A DNA stretch of 63,829 nt, counting the filler, from Octopus bimaculoides (lineage: Eukaryota): the NCBI RefSeq assembly GCF_001194135.2. It is 5 parts of 4 records of this genome, joined end to end, with 100 filler letters (N's around TTAATTAATTAA, not from the genome) between each part and the next. Parts side by side here need not be neighbours in the genome. Positions count along the whole stretch, not along the records: positions 36,400 to 44,365 come from NC_068985.1; positions 44,466 to 54,414 come from NC_068993.1; 3 more parts are not named here. One strand, given 5' to 3'. The notes beneath the pieces were generated by a model, which saw nothing but the letters and a program-made list of their open reading frames with translations, did not search any database and was not told the DNA's origin. Position numbers and translations under genes: made by a program. Below, piece by piece: positions 39,479-50,333 of the stretch (position 1 is the first letter of the stretch; each line of letters opens with the position of its first letter).

Positions 39479-39954
39479 NNNNNNNNNNNNNNNNNNNNNN
39501 NNNNNNNNNNNNNNNNNNNNNNNNNNNNNNNNNNNNNNNNNNNNNNNNNNNNNNNNNNNNNNNNNNNNNNNNNNNNNNNNNNNNNNNNNNNNNNNNNNNN
39601 NGCTTCTTTTGAAAATTTTTATCTTCTGTTTTTATCGTTTTCTTTTTCAAATATGAAATAAATTTTTAACTGTAGGATTTTAGTTTTTTGTATATGTTGG
39701 TTTGGCTGTAGGTTTTTGAGTGAAGTAAAAAATAAATAATATCCTGGGTGAGCATTGTTTTATTCTTCTGGAACTATGTATCTAATTGTATTGTTGGAGT
39801 TTGTAGTTTTATCATGCAAGTTGAATATTCAGAGGAAATAAAAATATGGACAAATTCTATAATAAATAGTGCCCCAGCATGACCACTGCTTTGAAGCTGA
39901 AACAATTTAAAGATTTATGGCTGAATATCTGGGAGCTCTTTAAATTTTATTTCG

Positions 39955-41830
39955 GAAAAGAGATGAGTAATTAGAGGGATATCAAATTGCTGGACTAGGT
40001 CATCAAAGTCAGAAAAAGAGTTATGGCTCAATTGGTAATTGATAGTTAAACTAGATGAGATGCAGTTCAGTTTTGTTCTAGAAAAAAGAACTACTGATAT
40101 TATATTCCTAGTGAGTCAACTACAAGTGAAGAACCTGTTGACCTAGAGAAAGCCTTTAACAGAGGTTACTCATTTAGGGATCTAGTAATTATTGATGAAG
40201 CTAGGAGTATAAGAATGGCTTATGTGAGCCATACAAGCTATATACTGGGGTGCTGTCAGTAATATGAGAAATAGCAATGAGTACAGTGATGACTTTAGCA
40301 TGTAGGTAGGACACCATCAATTCTTAGTCTCTTTCTATTTATCAAAGACCTCCAGGGTGTTTAAGATTAGGTGTCTATGGGAATTCTTATTTGCTCATGT
40401 TCTCATTGTTATGGCTGAAGCTGGAGTAAAACTGGGAAAACGTTACAGGTGTGAAAACAAAGCATGGAATCAAAGGGCCTCAACATTACCTTGGCAAACA
40501 TTTAAGTCCTAGTANNNNNNNNNNGGAATCAAAGGGCCTCAACATTACCTTGGCAAACATTTAAGTCCTAGTAAATCAGAAAATATACAAGACCCTTTAT
40601 CCATCTGGAAACTTACCTTGTTTGATATGTAAAAAAGGAATGGGTGGAAAGTTGCTATAGTGTACCCAATGCAAACTGTGTATGTGCAAGAGATGCAATG
40701 GAATTATGGGTAGGTTGACAGACAAAGTGGACATTGTATGTGACAGGTGTGCTGGAGCAATAAACTCTAAGTGAGCATGAGAAATGATGCCTTCAAAAGC
40801 CCNNNNNNNNNNAAGATTCCTAGATGTAATAGAGAATTTTTGTTATCTAGGTGATCAAAACAGTATTGGTGGAAGTTGTTCTCAAAGTGTAGTAGCTAAT
40901 GTAAAATCTGAGTAGAGGAAGTTCATGGATTTATTACTTCTGTCATAAACATAAAGTTTTTCTCTCAGCGTGAAAAGCTGACTTTATGATGCTTTTTTCA
41001 ACCTGAAATGCTTCATGATAGTGAGACATGTGCCTTGAATGTGGAGGACGTGAAAAGACTAGAAAGAAATTAAGCAAGCATGCTCCACTGGATATGCAAA
41101 GTTAGTGTGCAAGATTGATGGAATACAAATGTGTTGACAGAAAAACTGGCCAAGAATTAAATGTAGTGTACATTAGTTTAGGCATGTGATATGTATGGAT
41201 GAAGATGGTTGTATATAAAAGTGATGATCACTCACAGTAGATGAAACCTATGTGAGAGAAAGACATGGATGAGGTAGTGAAGGCTGACCTCAGGATGCTG
41301 GGACTCAATTTGATTAGTGATATGCAGTACTCAACATGATTCACCATCCTATGCATGCACATCATCCTATGCATGCACATCATGGCTAAGGCTCTCAAAG
41401 CATAATATATATGTTCACTATGCACCTGAGTCTCCCCCATCTATCCAGACAACTAGGTTTCCCCTCCAAGCCACTTCTATTCTCTTCATTCTAACAATTT
41501 GACAATCCCTCCTTCACCTTTGTTAATATCCATCTTAAACTCTCANNNNNNNNNNTCATTTGTAACTTCTGATCCCTGCCACTTCCTGTTGATACTCATT
41601 CCTCATTTTTGTCATCCATAACTACATTCCTTTCCTTGTTGGTTTCCAATTTTCACATTCACCTCATTCACAACCTCAACTCCACTTCTATCATCCTGTC
41701 CTCACATCTCTAATTCTATATCCAGCATCCTATCTCCTCAGTCTCCTCCACTTGCAGCCTGAGTTCTATCCCTCATCACTCTATCATTTCCCAATATACT
41801 ACATTTTTCTGCTCTTGTAAGAAACTGATA
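39955..41830 (+). mobile_element. Degenerate RTE LINE (abundant host family): RT remnant, ORF end and pyrimidine-rich 3' UTR
   Basis: RDIKLLD...LDEMQFSFV...VDLEKAFNR and FCYLGDQ..IGGSCS remnants, then a TWDEVVKxDL-like ORF end at about 41270 followed by a C/T-rich tract. Confidence 0.7.
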
Positions 41831-43899
41831 TAGAACCTGCTACTATATACCATACCANNNNNNNNNNNNNNNNNNNNNNNNNNNNNNNNNNNNNNNNNNN
41901 NNNNNNNNNNNNNNNNNNNNNNNNNNNNNNNNNNNNNNNNNNNNNNNNNNNNNNNNNNNNNNNNNNNNNNNNNNNNNNNNNNNNNNNNNNNNNNNNNNNN
42001 NNNNNNNNNNNNNNNNNNNNNNNNNNNNNNNNNNNNNNNNNNNNNNNNNNNNNNNNNNNNNNNNNNNNNNNNNNNNNNNNNNNNNNNNNNNNNNNNNNNN
42101 NNNNNNNNNNNNNNNNNNNNNNNNNNNNNNNNNNNNNNNNNNNNNNNNNNNNNNNNNNNNNNNNNNNNNNNNNNNNNNNNNNNNNNNNNNNNNNNNNNNN
42201 NNNNNNNNNNNNNNNNNNNNNNNNNNTGGACATGTTACCATGCATGTATGTTCTGGTACCTTGTCATCACCATATTTACCTCTTGAGTTCCATTCCAGTC
42301 CTTCCCATCCATTGATGCAAAATAAATAGTTACTATAAATCTTTCTGCCACCCTCCACAGTGATACTTTCACATCTCAACTCCTTGCTTAAAGCATCCAC
42401 CCCATCTCTTATCTTCCCCATTAGTTAAATAGCTCTTCAGTCTTGCAAGTTACAAAGGAACTTTATTAGAGTTGATGCTATGAAAATAGCACCCAGTAAA
42501 CTCTGTAAAGTGGTTGGCATNNNNNNNNNNNNNNNNNNNNNNNNNNNNNNNNNNNNNNNNNNNNNNNNNNNNNNNNNNNNNNNNNNNNNNNNNNNNNNNN
42601 NNNNNNNNNNNNNNNNNNNNNNNNNNNNNNNNNNNNNNNNNNNNNNNNNNNNNNNNNNNNNNNNNNNNNNNNNNNNNNNNNNNNNNNNNNNNNNNNNNNN
42701 NNNNNNNTGTTTTGAGGAAGATATATACATATCAAGAATCAATATGTCATAAAAAAATAGCTCACTTATATTTGTTAATAGAGCAGGTATAATAGTCAAA
42801 ATGTACAGTATTATAGATCCATTACAGCTAATATTACCACTTGGTTTTATGCAGGGAATTAAACTGGGTATTAGATAACAGCACAGTCAAAAAATATTCT
42901 GTACTCTTTGGATCAGGTAGGTATGGAAAAATATCTATTTTGAGGAAGGTAAAAAAAGAAATTAATAATGTAATGCAATTTATGAAGTTTTGCAAAATGT
43001 AGGTANNNNNNNNNNAGAAATTAATAATGTAATGCAATTTATGAAGTTTTGCAAAATGTAGGTAAAACATCACAAAAAGTCTGCACCAACAAATTTTCAT
43101 AAATTCTCTTTTTTAAAACACCTATCTTGTGGTGTTTTAGTTTGACATTAAACTTCCCTTATTTCATTACAATTCTATCATTATCAACAGTCCAAATTTA
43201 CAAATATAAAAAAATAAAATAAATGCGCCCCTTTTAAAGCCTAGCCAGGCTCATGGGCCCAGTTTCAATGGCATATGTGTTCCCCAGCTGGATGGGATGC
43301 CAGTCCANNNNNNNNNNNNNNNNNNNNNNNNNNNNNNNNNNNNNNNNNNNNNNNNNNNNNNNNNNNNNNNNNNNNNNNNNNNNNNNNNNNNNNNNNNNNN
43401 NNNNNNNNNNNNNNNNNNNNNNNNNNNNNNNNNNNNNNNNNNNNNNNNNNNNNNNNNNNNNTTCCACTCCCAATTTACAAAAATCTAATATTTCATCATA
43501 CGCATTTTTATTTAATTTTATCTAATGATAGTAGTTGTGGAACTTATGTAAACTTATATTCAATGTTGCCTTTTATTCTGCATCCTTTTCCTGAAACTTT
43601 GTGTCTTGCTAATTAAATTTTGCCAACATCTTCAAAACTTAAATGGTAGTCTGATGAAATTCTTGGATACAAGTANNNNNNNNNNNNNNNNNNNNNNNNN
43701 NNNNNNNNNNNNNNNNNNNNNNNNNNNNNNNNNNNNNNNNNNNNNNNNNNNNNNNNNNNNNNNNNNNNNNNNNNNNNNNNNNNNNNNNNNNNNNNNNNNN
43801 NNNNNNNNNNNNNNNNNNNNNNNNNNNNNNNNNNNNNNNNNNNNNNNNNNNNNNNNNNNNNNNNNNNNNNNNNNNNNNNNNNNNNNNNNNNNNNNNNNN

Positions 43900-44132
43900 T
43901 ATCGAGGCTGATGAACCCTTTCTTGAAGGTACCAAAGGCATTTTGCATTGTAAAGCAGAAAATGGATATCCAAAAAAGTACAACTACAGGTGGCATCCAA
44001 ATAACAACACCTCACAAGATTTAACATTTCCTAATATCAGTCGAATACAAAATAATAAGGTTTTCACTTGTTATGCTTCTAACATGTGCAATAAAAATGA
44101 ATTACATAAAACACACTGGATCAATGTAGAAT
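43900..44132 (+). CDS. Ig-like domain exon (5' end lost in N gap; phase-1 end) of the same IgSF gene
   Basis: Translation IEADEPFLEGTKGILHCKAENGYPKKYNYRWHPNNNTSQDLTFPNISRIQNNKVFTCYASNMCNKNELHKTHWINVE(Y) has the Ig hallmarks LxC, GxP, YxW and FTCxASN. Donor is GAAT|gtaagt. Confidence 0.85.
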
Positions 44133-44365
44133 GTAAGTTGAAATCTTAAAATTTTATTACAAACCTGTGAAATAATTTATTTACATTCATGACAGAAAAG
44201 TACTATGATCTTTTCATCTTTCTTAATTTTGTTTTTTACCCCAAAATTTTTACATAGTTGATTTTCTTTGTTTTTCTAAAATAACTTGTTTAATAAAAAT
44301 ATAAATTGTAGGCTGTAAAATTAATTTCAACCTATTAAGTTTTAAATAGTACTAGCAGAAATACC

Positions 44366-44465
44366 NNNNNNNNNNNNNNNNNNNNNNNNNNNNNNNNNNN
44401 NNNNNNNNNTTAATTAATTAANNNNNNNNNNNNNNNNNNNNNNNNNNNNNNNNNNNNNNNNNNNN
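44366..44465. other. Artificial scaffold-joining spacer separating the Ig gene scaffold from the C2-DSL gene scaffold
   Basis: 44 N, TTAATTAATTAA at 44410-44421, 44 N. Confidence 0.95.
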
Positions 44466-45595
44466 GGAAAATAACCATAGCGAGGGACGTTCCACAGTTG
44501 AATTAGAACAGTCACAAACAGTGAAAGAAGACATGCACCCAACACCAGAGCTGAAGACACCTCTGAAAGGGGGTGGCCCCGCCACGTCAAAACGGTAGAG
44601 GAGTAGGGGCCGAAACCGGACGTGGTTCCTCCTGATGATGTCTTGAGCTAACTGGATCCTATAAAGGAGCTGTTGTGGTAGCAGACCACGAAGCATGGTT
44701 GAAATTCCTCAGGTATATTTTTATATATAGAAAGATGACCAGTAGGGTGGACATTTAATATGCTAGAAATAGCTCACATGTTGTGTCTACTAAGACCTAG
44801 TAGTTCTCAAAAAAATTTAGCGAAATACCAAATATATATATACATACATACAACAATTGTTTCGCTAAAGCATCTTTATCTTGATGCAAGCATAATGCAG
44901 TTCTTGGGATTACGCAATGCATTATGCAATTGTCTCACTCATCAGGCAATATTTAAAACAAAGTGATATCATGGCTTGTTTAGGAATCTATTGATTCTCA
45001 TAACATTTAAAATCCATCCGTTTCTTTGTTTATTGGTATTTTATACCGCATTCAGTGTTTTAGTATTTGTTTAATAACTTGTAAACTATTTGAATTACGG
45101 ATTACCCAACAACGACTTGACTTCATCGATGCTTTCTGTGCTAGTATTGAATTATTTCACTGTCGGTTCTGCGTCCGTCTGTCTAGTCAACATGTGGCAT
45201 GCTACACGTTGATGTGCCATTATTCTTTATGAATCCTATTTAACCGACATATATATATGTGTAGTGTGAGTGTGTATGTGTGTGTATGTGTGTGTTTGTG
45301 TGTGTGTGTGTGTTTCTGTGCGTGCCCGTGCATTTGAGCGTATGTCTTCATGTATGTGTGTGTGACAATGTCCTTGTCTGCATTTACATTTACACCACTT
45401 AAAGACCGTTGTCTTTGTTTATGTTCCGTAATCTCGAGGTACGACAAACAGGCATCAGTGAAATAGTTGCTGGGATCATCGATGCAATGAAGTAAATCAC
45501 TGATGACAGTATCCCAGCATGGTCGCAGTTCAGCGAATGAAGCCAGTAAATGAATAAGAGAATGTAGGAGACAAAATTTGTTTTTATATACATTA

Positions 45596-45618
45596 CTAAC
45601 CATTATAAGCACTAACAT
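45596..45618 (-). CDS. Candidate next exon of the C2-DSL gene: either an 18-nt phase 1->1 microexon (45601-45618, DVSAYN) or a terminal exon ending DVSAYNG-stop
   Basis: Acceptor gcattctctttcag|ATGTTAGTGCTTATAATG is immediately followed by GTTAGT. That hexamer is both a good donor and, if read through, gives GGT TAG. AATAAA lies downstream on the minus strand at 45029-45034. Confidence 0.4.
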
Positions 45619-46017
45619 CTGAAAGAGAATGCATTGTTATGCAGCTTTGTGTGGAGATGGATTTTCGTGGCTTTCAGTTTTTCGTTCGACTGCTTATGAG
45701 TTATCGTATTATCTATATATTTATATATATTACTGTAGAGTATACAGAATACACAAAAACTTTCGCTTTTAGTAAATTCGGTAGCTCCTTGAAAGTATAA
45801 AATAACTTGCTAAAGACAGAACCTTTCTTTCTATTTTGGTTATCAATCATGTGCAAAAAATTTCGGACTTCGTAACTTATGATTTACAAGAGAGGAATGC
45901 ATTCAACCAAGCAATCAAACGGTATAAAAATAGGGAATGTTTTTTTGATAGATGTATATTTTAGACGGGTGGGGATGATGATGGTAGTTGTGCACAGAAA
46001 CTATGTATAATATTTAC

Positions 46018-46154
46018 CAGTATAGCATTTTTTGCGGCCGGTATTTTTGTCACATTTATAATGGCCCTTCTCAGAATTTGTTGGAATACAATATGTTTTA
46101 CAAGTGCTTCCATAATAGTTCTGATTGCAATACATTTTTAGCTGAAGAAACATA
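46018..46154 (-). CDS. Internal exon (137 nt, phase 2->1) encoding the last C2 strand plus a DSL (Delta/Serrate/LAG-2) domain
   Basis: Acceptor ttttttttttcag|T and donor ACTG|gtaaat. Translation MFLQLKMYCNQNYYGSTCKTYCIPTNSEKGHYKCDKNTGRKKCYT(G) has the DSL pattern C-x8-C-x3-C-x11-C-x8-C with YYG and GHY. Confidence 0.9.
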
Positions 46155-46899
46155 CTGAAAAAAAAAAAGAACATATATATATATGTGCACAGAATCAGGA
46201 GGTAAAAAAACAAGTATTAACTGCAATTTGATCACGCATATTTTTTTTACTCCATTCTACATCCATACAAAAATTTCTTAATTATCCTACATTTTTTTCA
46301 CTCGTCAAAAGCTAAATCAATAACGAACATCTAACACACAAGCATAAAGAATAAAAGTATAACAATATAAAAATAAATTCCTTTTATTTTCTCTTCTTTT
46401 CTTTAAACACTTAAGAAAGTGTCACTGCAATGTTTCGAACTCACCCACAATTCCCCTTGAATCAGATTTTTGTCACTTAAGTAGAATCATAGAAAACAAA
46501 AAAAACATAGTAAGTTGGCTCCATAATTTCAAGTGCTGCTTAGCTCCTTAATACCATTTTGACTCGCAAAGTGTTAAAGCTAAATTGTGTGTCAACATTC
46601 ACAGGTTGCCCAATTAACAATAAGCTCCAATAATGGTTAGAGAAAACCGGTGATATCTGAATCGCGTTCTATATCTTCACACACTTCCATTTTCGTTTTC
46701 TTTTTCAACATCACACTCTTTCACTCCTTGTATTCCTCAACCTCTTTCCCACTCGCACATGCTTTTATTTCTTCATTCCCTGCCAATCCTTTACAATTCA
46801 AACAACAAAAATCATCAATCGAAGTACACCGTAGTAACAAAATGTTTCTAAGTCAGCCTATCAAAATTACAAAATCTTTAAAATCTATTTTCTGTTATG

Positions 46900-48010
46900 T
46901 CACACAAATGATGGGTTGCCCTATTTGATCATGCATCATGCTTTGCGCACTGAGTCTACTCCCCAGTTAAGGTCAAGTTTTTCAATGTTTGCTCTCAAAC
47001 TTTTTATCCCTATTTCCAAGACTCCAATAATAATCGGATGTATCATGACCTTTATAACTTCTTCATTACCAGCACTTGAGAATTTCATACGTCTTGTCAG
47101 TATAACGCTCAACTTTCTCCTTTCTGTTACCTCTGGTCGCAAATGAGTATGCCATGTCGTTTACAATGCATAGTTTCTTCTTATCGACGACTACAATATC
47201 CGGTTTGTTGTGTCCTATTTTTCTTTCGGTTTGTATTGTAAAATCCCATAACAACTTCACTTCACTGTTTTCAAGAGACTGTCTGTCTATTTTCCACAAA
47301 GTGGTTATAGCTTCTTTTTTTGTGTATGCAAAAATTCCAGTATACTGTTGCAACAAACTCATCATGTTTATACTTTATATGTTTATTATGAGTTAACTGT
47401 AGACATTTCGATACAATGTGTATTATGATCTTATTGTGGTCATCACACACACCTCATTTAACTGTGCAATCTTGTTGCTCTATCATGCTCTTGGTCTAAT
47501 CTACCCTTAGATTCCTGTGCTGCAATGATCATTCCCTCAGTTTTCCTCTTCAGTTCCTTTTCTTTAGCTGTTCTTCTTATCCTATATCTCTTTTGCATTC
47601 TTGAGAGACGCTAAGGAAATATTTTTAGTTCAAAGTTTGATTTCCGCATTTCCACGTTTCCCATTTTCTCTTTATGTGTCCTACACATTCAGTAAACAGT
47701 TAATGCATTGTTAAGAAGAGTTTCTTCTCTTCTATGTAAATACGAACCTAGACTTGCTTGACACATTAGCACTCTTCTTTCTGTTTTACTCCAGTATAAA
47801 CGGTTTACATCTGACTAGGGACACATGCTTCTGTGCGATGTGAGCTGTTTTTTTCGTTTTTCTGTCGACCTCCTTTGGCTTATCCTTTCTCCAATTAATG
47901 ATTCCTACTTCATTGCTTATTAAGGATATTATCTTCACGTTTGATGTTTGGAGGGTTTTACCAGCATTCCAACTGAATTTTAGAATCTTCTTCACTTTGT
48001 AAATATTCTT
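46900..48010 (-). mobile_element. Degenerate R4/Dong-clade LINE (RT C-terminus plus REL endonuclease) inside the C2-DSL intron
   Basis: VKKILKFSWNAG...VGIINW...EVDRKTKK, then KLLWDFTIQTERKIGHNKPDIVVVDKKK (PD..D motif), then IHPIIIGVL. Confidence 0.8.
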
Positions 48011-48184
48011 TACTGAGAGTTTTCTTCATTTTTATGTTTTTGATCTTGCTACTTTCCGGTATTTTTTAATGTTATACATCAAAAGAAAGCAGCGAGCTGG
48101 CAGAATCGTTAGCACGCCGGGCAAAATGCTTAGCGGCATTTCGCCTGACTTTACGTTTTCAGTTCAAATTTCACCGAGGTGGAC

Positions 48185-49190
48185 AATTCGGACCACCTTC
48201 TTGGATCCAGAAGGCAATTTTGTGGTGCTAGATGTGAAGGATAGCTAATGAGGTACCTTCAAACTAGTAGCTGTTTGTACTCCGACAGGGCTGGGACAAC
48301 CCAATTTCTTCAGGTCTGAAGGATTTTTCCTATGAACGTCTCACACTTTAGTGCTTCGCTGTCTTGAAGCTGCATTGGGACATCCAAATTCTATTCAGAT
48401 AGAGCAATCTGTAGGCACGTTGAAAGGAATAGCACAGGTAGTCCACATGCTAAAATCGTCGATTACACAGAACGCAATTATGTGATCTGTACGGTTGGCC
48501 TAGATTCGAAATCAGAGATCCGGTTACGTGAAGCTGAATACATCGCTCCTGGCGCCCCAAGCTTACAGAAACTCGGTTAGTCATGTGGGCGTTTCCGGGT
48601 GCAATCGCAAACAACGTATAGCAGTTCACTTTGTAATAGGCAATTAGAGTAGAATCGATAAGGTTCGAACAGATCTATCCACGACAACCTCCAACTCGTG
48701 CGATACAGCATTGAGAAAGTGGGTAAGTAGGATGGTATGGGTGAGACTAATCAATTTAGATCATTCAAAAGCTTTCGATAAGGTCGATCACCAACACGTA
48801 GCTGTTCTCATGGCGGCTGGTTTTGGTTCCGTCCTCCACGGTCAGATTGCCGCAGTGTACATTGGAATCTGTCCTATTGTAAGAGTGAACGGCAACCCAT
48901 CCAGTAGGTTCTCACCCGTGTATGGGAATGCTAAAAGTTTTCAATCTTTTATTTCTCATGCAATTTTTGTTTTAGCTATTGCATTTTTAAGTATATATTT
49001 TTACTTATTCTATGTAATTATGTTAATTTTGTTTATTGTCTCTATATATAATTGCATAACATCTTTTACACTTTCCGTCCTTTGGTACCTAACTTCTATT
49101 GGTCTCATCTTACATGTTTGTTAGCCTTTCGTTCGTTTAATGTTCATTGTATTTTATTGCACGTTCCATGCCCTTGTGGCTAATCAAGAA
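48185..49190 (+). mobile_element. Degenerate, internally deleted L1/Tx1-clade LINE inside the C2-DSL intron
   Basis: FLDPEGNFVVLDV...FKLVAVCTP (APE remnant) and INLDHSKAFDKVDH...AGFG...VRVNG (RT), with the family 3' terminus cccttgtggctaat. Confidence 0.75.
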
Positions 49191-49573
49191 ACATACTTTT
49201 GTTATATTTTCCTTTTTGAATCTTTACATAATTTGCAGAGTCTCAGTGTGTGAAGTATTTGTTATATTCTTATTGATACACTCATGGCCAGTGTTATGTT
49301 ATATTAATAGACTCTTCATTAGCAGCATCAGCTTAGTTTACCTTGAAATGTTTCTTCACACGGAAAACTGAACCCACTTCTTACGTAAAACAACAAACCA
49401 GAGAGTTGAAAAATTAATTTTAAACTATGAACCATCTTCTTTTACATTTTCTTTGCTTTAGCTTGCAAACGTATAATGAGAGGATAGTTGCTTGAGCGCA
49501 AATGATGCTTTGGCTCAATTTTCAGTAAAAACCAATAGAAATCTTCATTTTGCGGTAATTGAGAGCATACGTA

Positions 49574-49980
49574 GGCGCAGAAGTGGCTGTGTGGTAAGTA
49601 GCTTGCTTACTAACCATATGATACTGGGTTCAGTCCTACTGCGTGGCACATTGGGCAAGTGTCTTCTACTATAGCCTCGGGCCGACCAAAGCTTTGTGAG
49701 TGGATTTGGTAGACGGAAACTGAAAGAAGCCCGTCGTATATATATATATGTATGTATATGTTTGTATGTCTGTGTTTGTCCCCCCAACATCGCTTGACAG
49801 CCGATGCTGGTGTGTTTACGTCCCCGTCACTTAGCGGTTCGGCAAGAGAGACCGATAGAATAAATACTAGGCTTCCAAAGAATAAGTCATGGCGTCGATT
49901 TGCTCGACTAAAAGTGGTGCTCCAGCAAGGCCGCAGTCAAATGACTGAAACACATAAAATAATAAAAGAATAAAAGAATA
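49574..49980 (+). mobile_element. tRNA-derived SINE, family A (best-preserved copy; antisense in the C2-DSL intron)
   Basis: A/B-box-like head (gtggctgtgtggtaag...gggttcagtcc), core TTGGGCAAGTGTCTTCT, internal (TA)/(TG) microsatellite and (TAAAAGAA)n tail. Confidence 0.85.
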
Positions 49981-50178
49981 CACACCAGATTTTGGAAACA
50001 AGATTGCCTCACAAAAGAAGCGTAATTTTAGATGAGGAATTTGGATGATTTTCAAACTCGGTTTCAGATTTTCAAGAATTAATATCAACTGGAAAATTAG
50101 GTTCCATTTTACGCATTTATAAGCAAAAACATAGCTCATTATAAAATCTTCTTGAAACATTATAAAAAAAGGACTCAC

Positions 50179-50333
50179 CTGCTTACTCTTCCTTTGAGGT
50201 TTATGGTTTTCCATGCCTGTTTCTCTCTTCCAAATAGTCTCTCTAATTGAATATAGGACGCCATATAATCTACTCTTTGGAAGACATCCACGTCATCATA
50301 ATCCCAAACCGCTATCTTCAAATTCAATCTTGA
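50179..50333 (-). CDS. Internal exon (155 nt, phase 0->2) encoding the C-terminal half of a Notch-ligand-type C2 (MNNL) domain
   Basis: Minus strand reads atttttcatttacag|TCAAGA...AGCAG|gtgagt. Translation SRLNLKIAVWDYDDVDVFQRVDYMASYIQLERLFGREKQAWKTINLKGRVS aligns by eye to Jagged RSYTLLVEAWD...WQTL. Its terminal AG joins the first T of exon 46018-46154 to give an in-frame AGT (Ser). Confidence 0.85.

Noticed and set aside
42845-42918. Short AG...GT-bounded open frame between the two Ig exons
   Set aside because: The phase is incompatible with the phase-1 Ig exons and the peptide shows no Ig features.
44605-44645. GAAAC...CTGATGA as a type II hammerhead
   Set aside because: Only 4 nt for stem I and no stem II pairing, so it cannot fold.
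46410-46470. Minus-strand hairpin plus GAAAC as a hammerhead
   Set aside because: No CUGANGA adjacent to stem II, and position 17 would be G.
39323-50333. Apparent convergent Ig-gene / DSL-gene pair, or a single Ig-DSL locus
   Set aside because: An artificial spacer at 44366-44465 separates them. They lie on different scaffolds and opposite strands, so the adjacency is uninformative.
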